The notes beneath the pieces were generated by a model. It was not told where the DNA came from. It searched no databases and saw only the letters and a program-made list of their open reading frames with translations. From contig CBDBLV010000001.1 of the NCBI GenBank assembly GCA_965207225.1, positions 32,001 to 96,000 on the forward strand: a DNA stretch of 64,000 bases, written 5' to 3'. The stretch comes from Dehalococcoidia bacterium. Its GTDB lineage: Bacteria; Chloroflexota; Dehalococcoidia; Plut-88900. Shown here in pieces: positions 1 through 8,666 of this stretch; position 1 is the stretch's first letter; every line of letters begins with the position of its first letter. The position numbers were made by a program, and so were the translations under genes.

Positions 1-462
1 CATGACCGTGGCGGCAATCAGCATGATCACCGTACCCGACACCACCGGCGTGAATATCCGCCGCAGCAGCGACAATCGGGAGGCCAGCAAAAACTGAAAC
101 AGCGACGAGATGACGATGAGGCTCGCCATCGTAGAGGGCCCGGCCTCCGTGAGCGCCGCAACGCACACCGCTATGAACGCCCCAGACGTGCCCATTATCA
201 GCACGTGTCCCGACCCAACCCGCCCCACCCTGACCGCCTGGAGGGTCGTGGTGATGCCGCTCACCAGCAGGGCGGCGAATACGCCCCACGTGATGTAGCT
301 GTCGGGCTGGTCGGCGATCCGGGCCACGATGACCACCGTCAGCACCACCGGCGCCACGATGATCGCCGCCGCCTGCACCCCCGCCCCGAGGGCTACCGGA
401 AGCGGAGGCTTCTCATCCGGTTCGTAGCGTACGTTCTCGTTTTCGCTAACTACACTAGCCAA
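1..462 (-). CDS. Xanthine/uracil (NCS2-like) permease, N-terminal part; runs off the window edge
   Basis: Manual minus-strand translation: (M)ASVVSENENVRYEPDEKPPLPVALGAGVQAA...TTTLQAVRVGRVGSGHVLIMGTSGAFIAV...RRIFTPVVSGTVIMLI. These are typical NCS2 N-terminal motifs. TTG start is inferred. Confidence 0.75.
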   Translation of the reverse strand, partial: MASVVSENENVRYEPDEKPPLPVALGAGVQAAAIIVAPVVLTVVIVARIADQPDSYITWGVFAALLVSGITTTLQAVRVGRVGSGHVLIMGTSGAFIAVCVAALTEAGPSTMASLIVISSLFQFLLASRLSLLRRIFTPVVSGTVIMLIAATVM

Positions 463-544
463 AAGCTATCTGTTTTCCTATTCTTCTGGCGTCGCCATTT
501 ATATTCCCTGTGCAGGCTATTCCGTCGTGGGCGCATCTCTCCAT

Positions 545-572
545 GTCATCCCGAGGCCCCGCGAGGGACCTA
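545..572 (+). repeat. REP-like palindrome family GTCAT(T/C)CCG...GG(A/G)ATC (representative copy)
   Basis: Related copies near 4668, 5625, 25317, 28089, 28969, 31698, 31739, 49730, 57797, 57956, 58397 and 62676; all intergenic and co-oriented. Confidence 0.75.
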
Positions 573-611
573 GGACTTGCCCACTCACGCACTTCCTCTC
601 CCGACACCCTC

Positions 612-2486
612 CTACTGCGCGGGCTCGTACCACCCCGACCCGAATAACAGCCCATCGTGGAGCACGGCCCACGTGTGCTTCTGCTCTTCCTCCCCCGACT
701 CCGGGTTCCGGATGACGTATTCCACCCATTTCCCGGCATCTGTAGCCGACCGTAGATCATCGCCGTAGAAATATCCCGTGGCGTCGAATCGGAGGTTTGG
801 GTCTCGGAACCTGAGGGCCGGATTGTAGTGAGATATCGTGTAACCTTCATCGTTGATAATGAACACGTACCACTGGTCGTCTATGCTCTCCTCAGTATTG
901 TAGTACTCGACCGTCCGCTCAAGCCCGACCGCGTTGTACAGGTTTATCGCCGACTGCACGAAGGCCTGCGTGTAGGCCGTATTGTCCGACTTCATGGGCC
1001 CGGGCTCGTACCACCCCGACCCGAATATGAGTCCATCGTGCTCTACGAGCCATGAATGCTTGGTTTCCACCACCCCGGACTCGGGATTCGCGAAAGTGTA
1101 ATCGAACCATGCGCCGGTCTCCGAGGCGGAGGCGAGGATCGAGGCCCCAACAGGGTAACCGTTGGCCCCCACCACCTCCGATTCGTGCATGCCCACCAGC
1201 CCGGGATTGGCGGCAATCGCCACTTTGTAGCCGTTCTCGTCGATAATGAACACGTACCACTGACCGTCTATGCTCTCAGGCGTGTTGTAGTACGCAACGG
1301 TGTCTTTGAAGCCGATGGCGTCGTATAGATTTATCGCCGACTGCACGAAAGCCTGCGTGTAGGCCGCATTGTCGGACTTGCTGGGCCCCGGCTCGTACCA
1401 CCCCGACCCGAAAGTAAGCCCGTCATGCCTTACCATCCACGAATGCTTTGCCTGGATACCGCCCGTGGCCGGGTTGGGGAACGTGTAGCTGAACCACTCG
1501 CCATCCTCGTGGGCCACCGCTGCTACGGCGTCTCCGGCTGGGAAGTTGTTGGGCCCGACAGCCGCGGAGACCGGCCCGCCGACCAGGCTCGGGTCTGGGG
1601 CATAGGCGATGAAGTTGTCGTCCCCGTCCAGGATGAACGTGTACCACTGCCCGTCAATGCTGTCCTGCGTGTTGTAGTAGGCGACGGTGTCTTCTAGCCC
1701 GACTGCATCGTACAGGCCGATAGCCTGCTGCACGAATGCCTGGGTATAGGCGGGCTGGTCCGACTTGCTGGGCCCGGGCTCGTACCACCCCGAGGCAAAC
1801 AGAAGTCCATCGTACTCAACGGCCCAGGTGTGTTTTCGCTCCACGGCCCCTGTGCTTGGATTTCGGAAGCCGTAGGAATACCAGGTCCCATCTTCGTCTG
1901 CTACCGCCGCCACTGCTTTGCCCGCCGGGAAATTATTGTTCGGCCCTGGTATTTCATCCACCCTCTGGCCCACTAGTGCTGGATTGGCCGCCTGCGCAAT
2001 CATCAAGCCGTCCCTGTCGGCGATGAACACATACCACTGTCCATCGACGCTCTCCGGCCTGTTGTAGTAATCAACAATCGCGTCCAGCCCCTCGGCCTTG
2101 TACATATCGATGGCCTGCTTCACGTAGTACTGGGTGTACTCCTCGACCTCGTACCTGGCGGGCGCGGGTTCCGGCGCACCGTCCCCTATGGCTGCGCCCA
2201 ACCCGGCTCCAAACAGCTCCAGGAACCCCGAGACAAGTTCCTCGTCCACCTCCGTCATTTCCCCCGACGAACCTTGTGGCCCTGCCGGCCCCTGTGGCCC
2301 TTGCTCTCCGGCTGGCCCTTGTTCTCCCTGTGGGCCTTGCGCGCCCCGGGGCCCCTGCTGACCCGCCGGGCCCCGAGCCCCGGGTGGCCCCTGCTCCCCC
2401 GCAGGCCCCGCATCCCCCGCGCAAGCCACCGCCGCCAGGACCAGCGCAATTACCAGAGTAGCTGCGATAAGAATACGCATTATCAA
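612..2486 (-). CDS. Lipoprotein with a collagen-like Gly-X-Y tract and four tandem single-Cache-like domains
   Basis: Lipobox LAAVAC, about 18 GXY triplets, then four ~130-aa repeats (YTQAFVQxAIxLY...[10 protein letters not shown]...KHSW...FGSGWYEP). Confidence 0.8.
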   Translation of the reverse strand: MIMRILIAATLVIALVLAAVACAGDAGPAGEQGPPGARGPAGQQGPRGAQGPQGEQGPAGEQGPQGPAGPQGSSGEMTEVDEELVSGFLELFGAGLGAAIGDGAPEPAPARYEVEEYTQYYVKQAIDMYKAEGLDAIVDYYNRPESVDGQWYVFIADRDGLMIAQAANPALVGQRVDEIPGPNNNFPAGKAVAAVADEDGTWYSYGFRNPSTGAVERKHTWAVEYDGLLFASGWYEPGPSKSDQPAYTQAFVQQAIGLYDAVGLEDTVAYYNTQDSIDGQWYTFILDGDDNFIAYAPDPSLVGGPVSAAVGPNNFPAGDAVAAVAHEDGEWFSYTFPNPATGGIQAKHSWMVRHDGLTFGSGWYEPGPSKSDNAAYTQAFVQSAINLYDAIGFKDTVAYYNTPESIDGQWYVFIIDENGYKVAIAANPGLVGMHESEVVGANGYPVGASILASASETGAWFDYTFANPESGVVETKHSWLVEHDGLIFGSGWYEPGPMKSDNTAYTQAFVQSAINLYNAVGLERTVEYYNTEESIDDQWYVFIINDEGYTISHYNPALRFRDPNLRFDATGYFYGDDLRSATDAGKWVEYVIRNPESGEEEQKHTWAVLHDGLLFGSGWYEPAQ

Positions 2487-2723
2487 TTCATCCTATTCAA
2501 TGTCGTGCAAAACCTAATTTTTCGACGATATCTTGTATCGATTTGAACTCAGCCCAATAAACCACGCAGTAGACTATCACAAAACCGATTGTTGGTGATT
2601 GCCCATCCATCACCTACTTCCCCAAGGAATTCCCCCATTTGACACCCCCCTCCCCCGACTATAATGTTCCCTCTATCTCCCCTTCTGTCGGAACTCGCAC
2701 AAGCAAAGCACCAGGAGCCCCCC

Positions 2724-4520
2724 ATGCCCGACAACCAACCCCTCCCCCCGACCCCCGTATACAAGGTCGCCGCCATCCAGTACGCCCCGACCCTCTTTGA
2801 AAAAGAGAAGAACCTGCTGGACCAGCTCGAAATGGTCGAAGAGGCCGCGAAGAACGACGCCAAACTTATAGTCATGGTCGAAATGGCCACCACCGCCTAC
2901 TGCTTCTTCGATCGCGCTGAGATCGCACCCTACGTCGAACCGATCCCCGGCCCGACCACCGACAGGTTTGGCGAAATCGCCGCCCGTTACGGCTGCTACA
3001 TAGTCGTCGGGATGCCCGAGGTCGACCCCGAGACCGACATCTACTACAACTCCCTGGCCCTGGTCGGCCCCGAGGGCGTGGTCGGCAAGTACCGCAAGAC
3101 CCACTCCTTCATCTCCGAAAACACCTGGGCCAAGGACGGCGACCTCGGCCTCCCTATATTCCGTACCGAGTTGGGAAACCTTGGCGGCCTTATCTGCATG
3201 GACGCCTCCTTCCCCGAGACCGCTCGGGTCCTCGCCCTCGAAGGTGCCGACGTCATCTGCTTCCCCACCAACTGGCTTCTCGAAAAGGCCCCCGCCCCAG
3301 CCTGGATAACCCGCGCCTTCGAAAATGGCGTCTTCCTGATTGCAGCCGACCGCTGGGGCAACGAACGCACCGTCGAGTTCTCCGGCGGCAGCGCCGTAAT
3401 CGACCCCGACGGCGCCGTCCAGTCATACCTCGACACCGGCAACGGCATCGTCTACGGCACCGTAGACATCTCCAGGGCCCGGGACAAGCGCTTCACCGAA
3501 GAAGAGACCGGCGACAAGCTCCTGGAACGCCGCCCGACCCTCTACCACGACTCCCTCCTGAACAGCTACCTCTTCAACCCCGACGACTATTTCAAGCTCT
3601 ACGGCCAGGAAGGACTCCCCGAAGGCAAGGAGTCCACAGTCGCAGTGTGCCAGCTTCAGGCCCGGGCCGCGACCGGTGAAGACGCCCTCTCTTCCGTACA
3701 AAAGATGATCGAGGGCCTCGACTCCCCAGCCGACATCGTCGTCCTCCCCGAGTTGGCCCTGTCGGCCCCCGTGACCACCGATTCTGAAGCCAATTCCCAC
3801 GCGGAAGACCTCCGCGACAGCAAATCCCTCCGCCTGTTGGCCGACCTCGCGCAGAAACATAACGCCCACGTCGTCACCACCATCATCGAAAAGGACCTGG
3901 GCAGGCTCTACAACACCGCCGTCCTCGTCGGCCCCGAGGGCTTCGTCGGCGCCTACCGTAAGGTCCACCTCTCCGAGGACGACCGCCCGTGGGAAACCCC
4001 CGGAGACGGCGGCTTCCCCGTCTTCGACATCCCCGCCGGACGAGTCGGCCTCATGGTCGGCCACGACGCCATGTTCCCCGAGGCCGCACGGGCCTTCGGC
4101 GTCAAGGGCGCCGACCTCGTGTGTGTGCCCGGCGCCCTCAGGTATCCCCGCATCATGCCCCTTGGCCCGACCGCCGTCCCCTTCGAAGACCCCATCATCA
4201 AGGACGCCGACGAAGTCCACTGGCACCTCCTCCGCTCCCGCAGCGAGGAAAACCACCTCTTCCTCGCCTTCGCCAACCTCTGCGGCGACGACTACATGGG
4301 CCGCAGCGGCATCTTCGACAAGCAGGGAGACGGCTCCCTCCGCCATGAAGTCGTAGCCTCCGAAGATAAGCCAGAGGCCGTGACCCTTACCCTATCCACC
4401 CTCCAGGCCCCCGGCCTCGAAAGACCAACCACCCCCGGCAGGCTCAAAGACATGGTAAGAATGCGCCAGACCTACTGGTACGGCCCCCTCGTCCGCCCCC
4501 AACCAACCCAAACCCCTTAA
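2724..4520 (+). CDS. Two-domain carbon-nitrogen hydrolase (nitrilase/amidase superfamily)
   Basis: Domain 1 has the E-K-C triad (VEMA, YRKTH, LICMD). Domain 2 has LPEL and YRKVH but MVGHD. The ATG at 2724 follows AGGAG. Confidence 0.85.
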   Translation: MPDNQPLPPTPVYKVAAIQYAPTLFEKEKNLLDQLEMVEEAAKNDAKLIVMVEMATTAYCFFDRAEIAPYVEPIPGPTTDRFGEIAARYGCYIVVGMPEVDPETDIYYNSLALVGPEGVVGKYRKTHSFISENTWAKDGDLGLPIFRTELGNLGGLICMDASFPETARVLALEGADVICFPTNWLLEKAPAPAWITRAFENGVFLIAADRWGNERTVEFSGGSAVIDPDGAVQSYLDTGNGIVYGTVDISRARDKRFTEEETGDKLLERRPTLYHDSLLNSYLFNPDDYFKLYGQEGLPEGKESTVAVCQLQARAATGEDALSSVQKMIEGLDSPADIVVLPELALSAPVTTDSEANSHAEDLRDSKSLRLLADLAQKHNAHVVTTIIEKDLGRLYNTAVLVGPEGFVGAYRKVHLSEDDRPWETPGDGGFPVFDIPAGRVGLMVGHDAMFPEAARAFGVKGADLVCVPGALRYPRIMPLGPTAVPFEDPIIKDADEVHWHLLRSRSEENHLFLAFANLCGDDYMGRSGIFDKQGDGSLRHEVVASEDKPEAVTLTLSTLQAPGLERPTTPGRLKDMVRMRQTYWYGPLVRPQPTQTP

Positions 4521-4570
4521 CCCTCCATTTCCGACTCCGATCGGGAGTCCACCCCCCGGGGCGGCGGGCC

Positions 4571-4602
4571 CGCTCACCCTGAGGCCACTCGAAGGGTCGA
4601 GC
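4571..4602 (+). repeat. REP-like family CGCTC..CTGAG....TCGAAGGGTCGAGCG (representative copy)
   Basis: Related copies near 29071, 41101, 57242 and 62719, each just past a gene end. Confidence 0.6.
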
Positions 4603-4712
4603 GGGGGGGTGGTCCACGCAGTGTTTATCCGTCACACCCTTCGACAACTGACCACACCTGCTCCACTGTCATTCCGACGCCCCGCGAGGAATCTGGGGTG
4701 GGGATGTTACTG

Positions 4713-4832
4713 CCCCCAGTACTGAACTAGAGGCCCACGTGGGTGCCTTGCACCCACGTGGGCCTCTGTTCTTCTCTCCCCCTCTCCCTCAATGGCCCTG
4801 AGGGAGAGGGGGACCAAGGGGGAGAGGGTTCC
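4713..4832 (+). repeat. CAGTAC-AACTAGAGG variable-hairpin repeat, copy A
   Basis: CCCCAGTACTGAACTAGAGG, then a hairpin, CCTCTGTT, and CCCCTCTCCCT..GGCCCT.AGGGAGAGGGG..CAAGGGGG.GAGGGTTCC. Confidence 0.85.
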
Positions 4833-4872
4833 CCTCCCGGGCAGCGGAGGGAGGCGGGGGTGCCACCCCCCA

Positions 4873-5586
4873 TCACACCGGCCACCTCTCCAGGCTGTAG
4901 CACATCTCCCAGAACAGGTACTCGTACCGGCTGCTCGTCAGGAACGCCTCCTCCATCAACCCCCTCGTCGCCGCCGATCCCTCCCTCCCCAGCCTGTCCA
5001 CCAGCTCCCGACACTTCCGCACCTCCTCCCCGTACTCAGGGTCCGTGTACTGCTTTATCCACCTCACGTACAGCTCGTCCTCGGGCATCCCCCTCTCCTC
5101 CAGCGACTTCCCCATCTCGTAGTAGCCCCAGAAGCACGGGAGAAGGGCCGCAATAATCGCCTCGAAAGGCTCCGTCGACGCAGTCCGCATCAGGAAGTCC
5201 GTGTACGCCTGGCACGTCGGCGCCTTCTTCTCCGCCACCAGCTCCTCCACCCCGATCCCGAAGTCCCGGGCATAGGACCTGTGCAGCGCCATCTCCTTGT
5301 TCAGTGTGTAGTCAGCGTGGAACGTCAACCATGCAGAAAGCTCGGGCCCCGGGGCCTTCGCCGCCGCCAGGTTGTACACCCGAGCGTAGTCGATCAGGTA
5401 CAGGTAGTCCTGCCTCACCCAGAACTTCAACCTCTCCACCTCTAAAGTCCCGTCCCCCACCCCCCTCACAAACGGATGATTGCGCTGCGCCTCCCATATC
5501 GAGTCCCCCAGCGCCCTTAAATGATCGCTGAATCTTTCCTGCAACTTGCTTCCTCCGGTCGAATTCTTCGTCAGTGTTCTGTTCAA
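4873..5586 (-). CDS. tenA: Thiaminase II / TenA family
   Basis: HPFV..GTL, QDYLYL, AALLPCFWGY (catalytic Cys), Y..WI..Y and SSRYEYLFWEM motifs. Start uncertain. Confidence 0.9.
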   Translation of the reverse strand: MNRTLTKNSTGGSKLQERFSDHLRALGDSIWEAQRNHPFVRGVGDGTLEVERLKFWVRQDYLYLIDYARVYNLAAAKAPGPELSAWLTFHADYTLNKEMALHRSYARDFGIGVEELVAEKKAPTCQAYTDFLMRTASTEPFEAIIAALLPCFWGYYEMGKSLEERGMPEDELYVRWIKQYTDPEYGEEVRKCRELVDRLGREGSAATRGLMEEAFLTSSRYEYLFWEMCYSLERWPV

Positions 5587-5735
5587 GTAAATTCTAACCC
5601 GCTTTTCCCCCGCCCCGGACCCCTGTCATTCCGATGCCCCGCGATGTCGTGGATGGGCCCAGTGCGTGAATCGGGGGCTGGGCCTCCCATTCCTCACTCC
5701 TTCACTCTCTACTACAACCATGCTATTATTGCCTC

Positions 5736-6122
5736 ATGACAATCACATCAGCCGACCCCACCCCCATCTTCGCCGACGCGCTCCAAATGCAGGAAGCCGC
5801 CCTCCGGCGCATGGCTGCCGGAGACATACGTGATGCCTCCGACAAAGCCTGGTGCGCCGCCAAGCGCGCCACCGATGCCCTCATCCTAGCCCGCACTGGT
5901 CAATTACCCCCCAAGTCCCCCGACACCACCCGCTCCCTCCTCAGGCTTGCTGAGGACAATGCCGAATTACGCGGACTACTGGGAGACTACACCACAAGGC
6001 GTGACGTTCTCCACGGAGACTGCTTCTACACTGGCCTCTGTGAGCCCGCAGACGCAATTGAACGACTCATCCGGGAAACAGCGGACTTCATCCAAGACGC
6101 CCAAACCCTCGCCCACGCTTAA
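5736..6122 (+). CDS. HEPN / PaREP1-family protein
   Basis: GDIRDASDKAWCAA and an Rx4H motif (RRDVLHGDCFY). TGCTATTAT lies 6 nt before the ATG, suggesting a leaderless transcript. Confidence 0.7.
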   Translation: MTITSADPTPIFADALQMQEAALRRMAAGDIRDASDKAWCAAKRATDALILARTGQLPPKSPDTTRSLLRLAEDNAELRGLLGDYTTRRDVLHGDCFYTGLCEPADAIERLIRETADFIQDAQTLAHA

Positions 6123-6189
6123 CCCCCAACTCGTCATTCCGGCCCCCGGGCCGGCTGAAAGTGCGCCTCTGGCGTGAATCCACCCCCTT

Positions 6190-6333
6190 CCCCCAGTACC
6201 GAACTAGAGGCCGACGTGGGTGTAGCGCACCCACGTCGGCCTCTGTTCTTCTCTTCCCCTCTCCCTTATAGGCCCTAAGAGCCTGCCCCGAGTCCCTCGA
6301 GGGGGAGAGGGGGATCAAGGGGGTGAGGGTTCC
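6190..6333 (+). repeat. CAGTAC-AACTAGAGG variable-hairpin repeat, copy B (small insertion in second hairpin)
   Basis: Same scaffold as copy A; directly precedes non-coding unit 1. Confidence 0.85.
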
Positions 6334-6377
6334 CCTATGGGGTCGAGGGGCATCCCCCCAAAGCCGCACATTTGCTC

Positions 6378-6406
6378 TTGACACACCTGTCCGACCGTAC
6401 TATCAT
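6378..6406 (+). promoter_or_regulatory. Sigma70-type promoter of non-coding unit 1
   Basis: TTGACA-N17-TATCAT. Confidence 0.7.
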
Positions 6407-6411
6407 GTTCT

Positions 6412-6975
6412 GCGTTCGGTCGAATACAAACTCACGTCATCAAAGGAGGAACCAAAAACCTAGGGAAGCCCACCCGACCCCACGGGTCCCGTGCCCCTTC
6501 CCCATCCATCCAGGCGATGGAAGGTCCATCTACTCTACGCGGTACACCCCTTTCCAGGGGCCTCTACCGAATCGGTGCTCCCTATCTTGGGACGCCTATG
6601 TCGCTGGCAATGGCTTGCCGGCGAAATTCTAACGGCCCGGCGTTACCGGGATTAGGGCCTCAGAGCCCCTACGCGGCTCCACTGCCGTCACCGTCCGCGG
6701 ACTCCGTTCCGCCCATGACGGTATCGAGCCGAATGCTGTCCCGCTCAGCGGTCGAGCGCTGATACGGAGAACAGAAGTCCCCGCGCAGAGACACCCTCGA
6801 CAACGGCAAGTCTCCCAAGGCATGCGTGAAGGGAAAGGCAGGACAACCGCCGATGCCACCAGCGTCGGCGTAGGTGCCATCGAGGTCCTGCATCCGAGTC
6901 CCGGACCTTCCATCGCCGACCCAAAACCCAACAGGCAGAACAAAATGCAAACCCAAACCCCACAACACAACATCC
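6412..6975 (+). ncRNA. Putative structured ncRNA unit 1 (undescribed family)
   Basis: AAAGGAGG at 6442, CACGGGTCCCGTG hairpin at 6481, closing IR GGCGATGGAAGGTCC (6513) / GGACCTTCCATCGCC (6903-6917), A/C-rich tail. No credible ORF. Transcription is inferred. Confidence 0.5.
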
Positions 6976-6983
6976 CCTCCCTT

Positions 6984-7130
6984 CCCCCCAGTACTGAACT
7001 AGAGGCAGAGGTCGGCGCTGTTCTTCTCTCCCCCTCTCCCTTCCCCCCAGTACCAAACTAGAGGCAAGCGCCTGCGCCATGGCGCAGGCGCTTGCCTCTG
7101 TTTTTTCTTCCCCCTCTCCCTCAGGGCCAT
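6984..7130 (+). repeat. CAGTAC repeat copy C (collapsed hairpin) and copy D (left part, interrupted by IS481)
   Basis: Two tandem CCCCAGTAC..AACTAGAGG starts. Copy D resumes at 8400-8440. Confidence 0.8.
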
Positions 7131-8399
7131 TGTATAGACCGGGGACATAGGTTACACATGTTCGGAGACATAGGTTACACCATTAGGCATAGCGATTCTG
7201 TAAGAGGAGGGTTTCTATGCCATGGAAGGTTGGAACGGTCATGTCTCAACGGGAAGAGTTTGTGGTCCTGGCCCAGTCCGAGGGTGTGAACATGAGTGAG
7301 CTGTGTCTGCGCAGCGGGATCAGCCGTAAGACCGGCTACAAGTGGCTGAGACGATACCTGGAAGGGGGTAAGGGGAGTCTGGAAGACCTTTCCAAGTGTC
7401 CCCATCACTCGCCGAACCGCACCAGCGCCGATATGGAGCAACTGGTAATAGACCTTCGAAGGGAGTTCCCCACCAAGGGGGGTCATGTGCTGGCCAAGAT
7501 GCTCAAGGACAGAGGGTACGGCGGTGTACCGGCCAAGAGCACCGTCACAGCCATCCTCAGTCGACATGGACTTATAGAGCCGGCCCAGAGCCTCAAGCAC
7601 AAGCCCTACCGCCGCTTTGAGCACCCCCGGCCCAACGACCTTTGGCAGATGGACTTCAAGGGACATATACCCATGTCCAGTGGTGGAAGATGTCACCCTC
7701 TGACGATCCTCGATGATCACTCCAGGTTCTCCCTGGCTGTAAGGGCTTGCCCAGATGAGAAGACTCCCACGGTCCGTGGCCACCTCACCTCTGTATTCCG
7801 CCGTTACGGCATGCCCGTCACTATGCTGGTAGACAACGGCGCCCCCTGGGGCCACGACCTCTACCATCCCTTCACGCCCTTGACCGTCTGGTTGCTGCAA
7901 CTGGGAGTCAGGGTGATCCACAGCAGACCCCACCACCCCCAGACTCTCGGCAAGCTTGAACGCTTCCACAAGTCCCTCAAGAGCGAACTGCTCCAGGGAA
8001 GCATCTACACAGACCTGCACCACTGCCAGGGCAGCTTCGACACCTGGAGAGACTTCTACAACCTCCAGCGTCCTCACCATGCCCTGGACCTCAATACCCC
8101 CTCCAGCCGATACACCCCCAGCCCCCGGCCCTTCCCCGAGGTCCTGCCTGCCATCGAGTACGACACCAATGACCAGGTGCGCAAGGTCGACGTCAACGGC
8201 CGCATATGGTTCAAGGGCAGAACCTTTAAGGTGGGGAAAGCCTTCCGAAGAAAGTGTGTCGCCCTTAGACCCGGGTCCAAAGACGGCACGTGGAAAGTCT
8301 TCTTCTCCGTACAACCCATTGCTACCATAGATCTAAGTAAGTAGGAAATGTGTTACCTATCTCCCCGAACAACTGTTACCCTTCTCCCCGGTCTATACA
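7131..8399 (+). mobile_element. IS481-family insertion sequence
   Basis: Terminal IRs TGTATAGACCGGGGA...TCCCCGGTCTATACA with internal repeated binding sites; single DDE transposase ORF. Confidence 0.92.
7217..8344 (+). CDS. IS481-family DDE transposase
   Basis: MPWK start, HTH (GISRKTGYKWLRRY), LWQMDFKG, LDDHSRF, VDNG, HPQTLGKLERFH. Confidence 0.95.
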   Translation: MPWKVGTVMSQREEFVVLAQSEGVNMSELCLRSGISRKTGYKWLRRYLEGGKGSLEDLSKCPHHSPNRTSADMEQLVIDLRREFPTKGGHVLAKMLKDRGYGGVPAKSTVTAILSRHGLIEPAQSLKHKPYRRFEHPRPNDLWQMDFKGHIPMSSGGRCHPLTILDDHSRFSLAVRACPDEKTPTVRGHLTSVFRRYGMPVTMLVDNGAPWGHDLYHPFTPLTVWLLQLGVRVIHSRPHHPQTLGKLERFHKSLKSELLQGSIYTDLHHCQGSFDTWRDFYNLQRPHHALDLNTPSSRYTPSPRPFPEVLPAIEYDTNDQVRKVDVNGRIWFKGRTFKVGKAFRRKCVALRPGSKDGTWKVFFSVQPIATIDLSK

Positions 8400-8474
8400 A
8401 TGGCCCTGAGGGAGAGGGGGATCAAGGGGGTGAGGGTTCCCCCCCGCACCAGGCGAAATTCCCAGAAACCCCTC

Positions 8475-8525
8475 TAGGCGTCATTCAATCAAACCAGCTA
8501 CGAGTTCAATCAATGTTCAATCAAT
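8475..8525 (-). repeat. TTGATTGAA array, inverted homolog of about 20500-20549
   Basis: Reverse complement reads ATTGATTGAACATTGATTGAACTCGTAGCTGGTTTGATTGAATGACGCCTA. Confidence 0.75.
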
Positions 8526-8666
8526 CCCCCGACCCCGAATCTTGACACTAAAATGCCTCTAATGTACACTTCGCGCCGGTTTGCGCCCTCCTCCCGAAGC
8601 CATTGGAGGATTCCATTAACGTCGGTTGTCGGGGATGGGCGGGCGTGAAAGCTCTTGGGGGTGCAC

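Noticed and set aside
612-2100. Diversity-generating retroelement (TR/VR) behind the Cache repeats or EctC paralogs
   Set aside because: No reverse transcriptase in the window; differences between copies do not appear adenine-specific and all copies are in-frame coding.
5590-5735. TPP riboswitch upstream of tenA
   Set aside because: No CTGAGA or CCTGA..GxAATxC..CGxAGG core on the minus strand; the region is a REP-like repeat plus a promoter.
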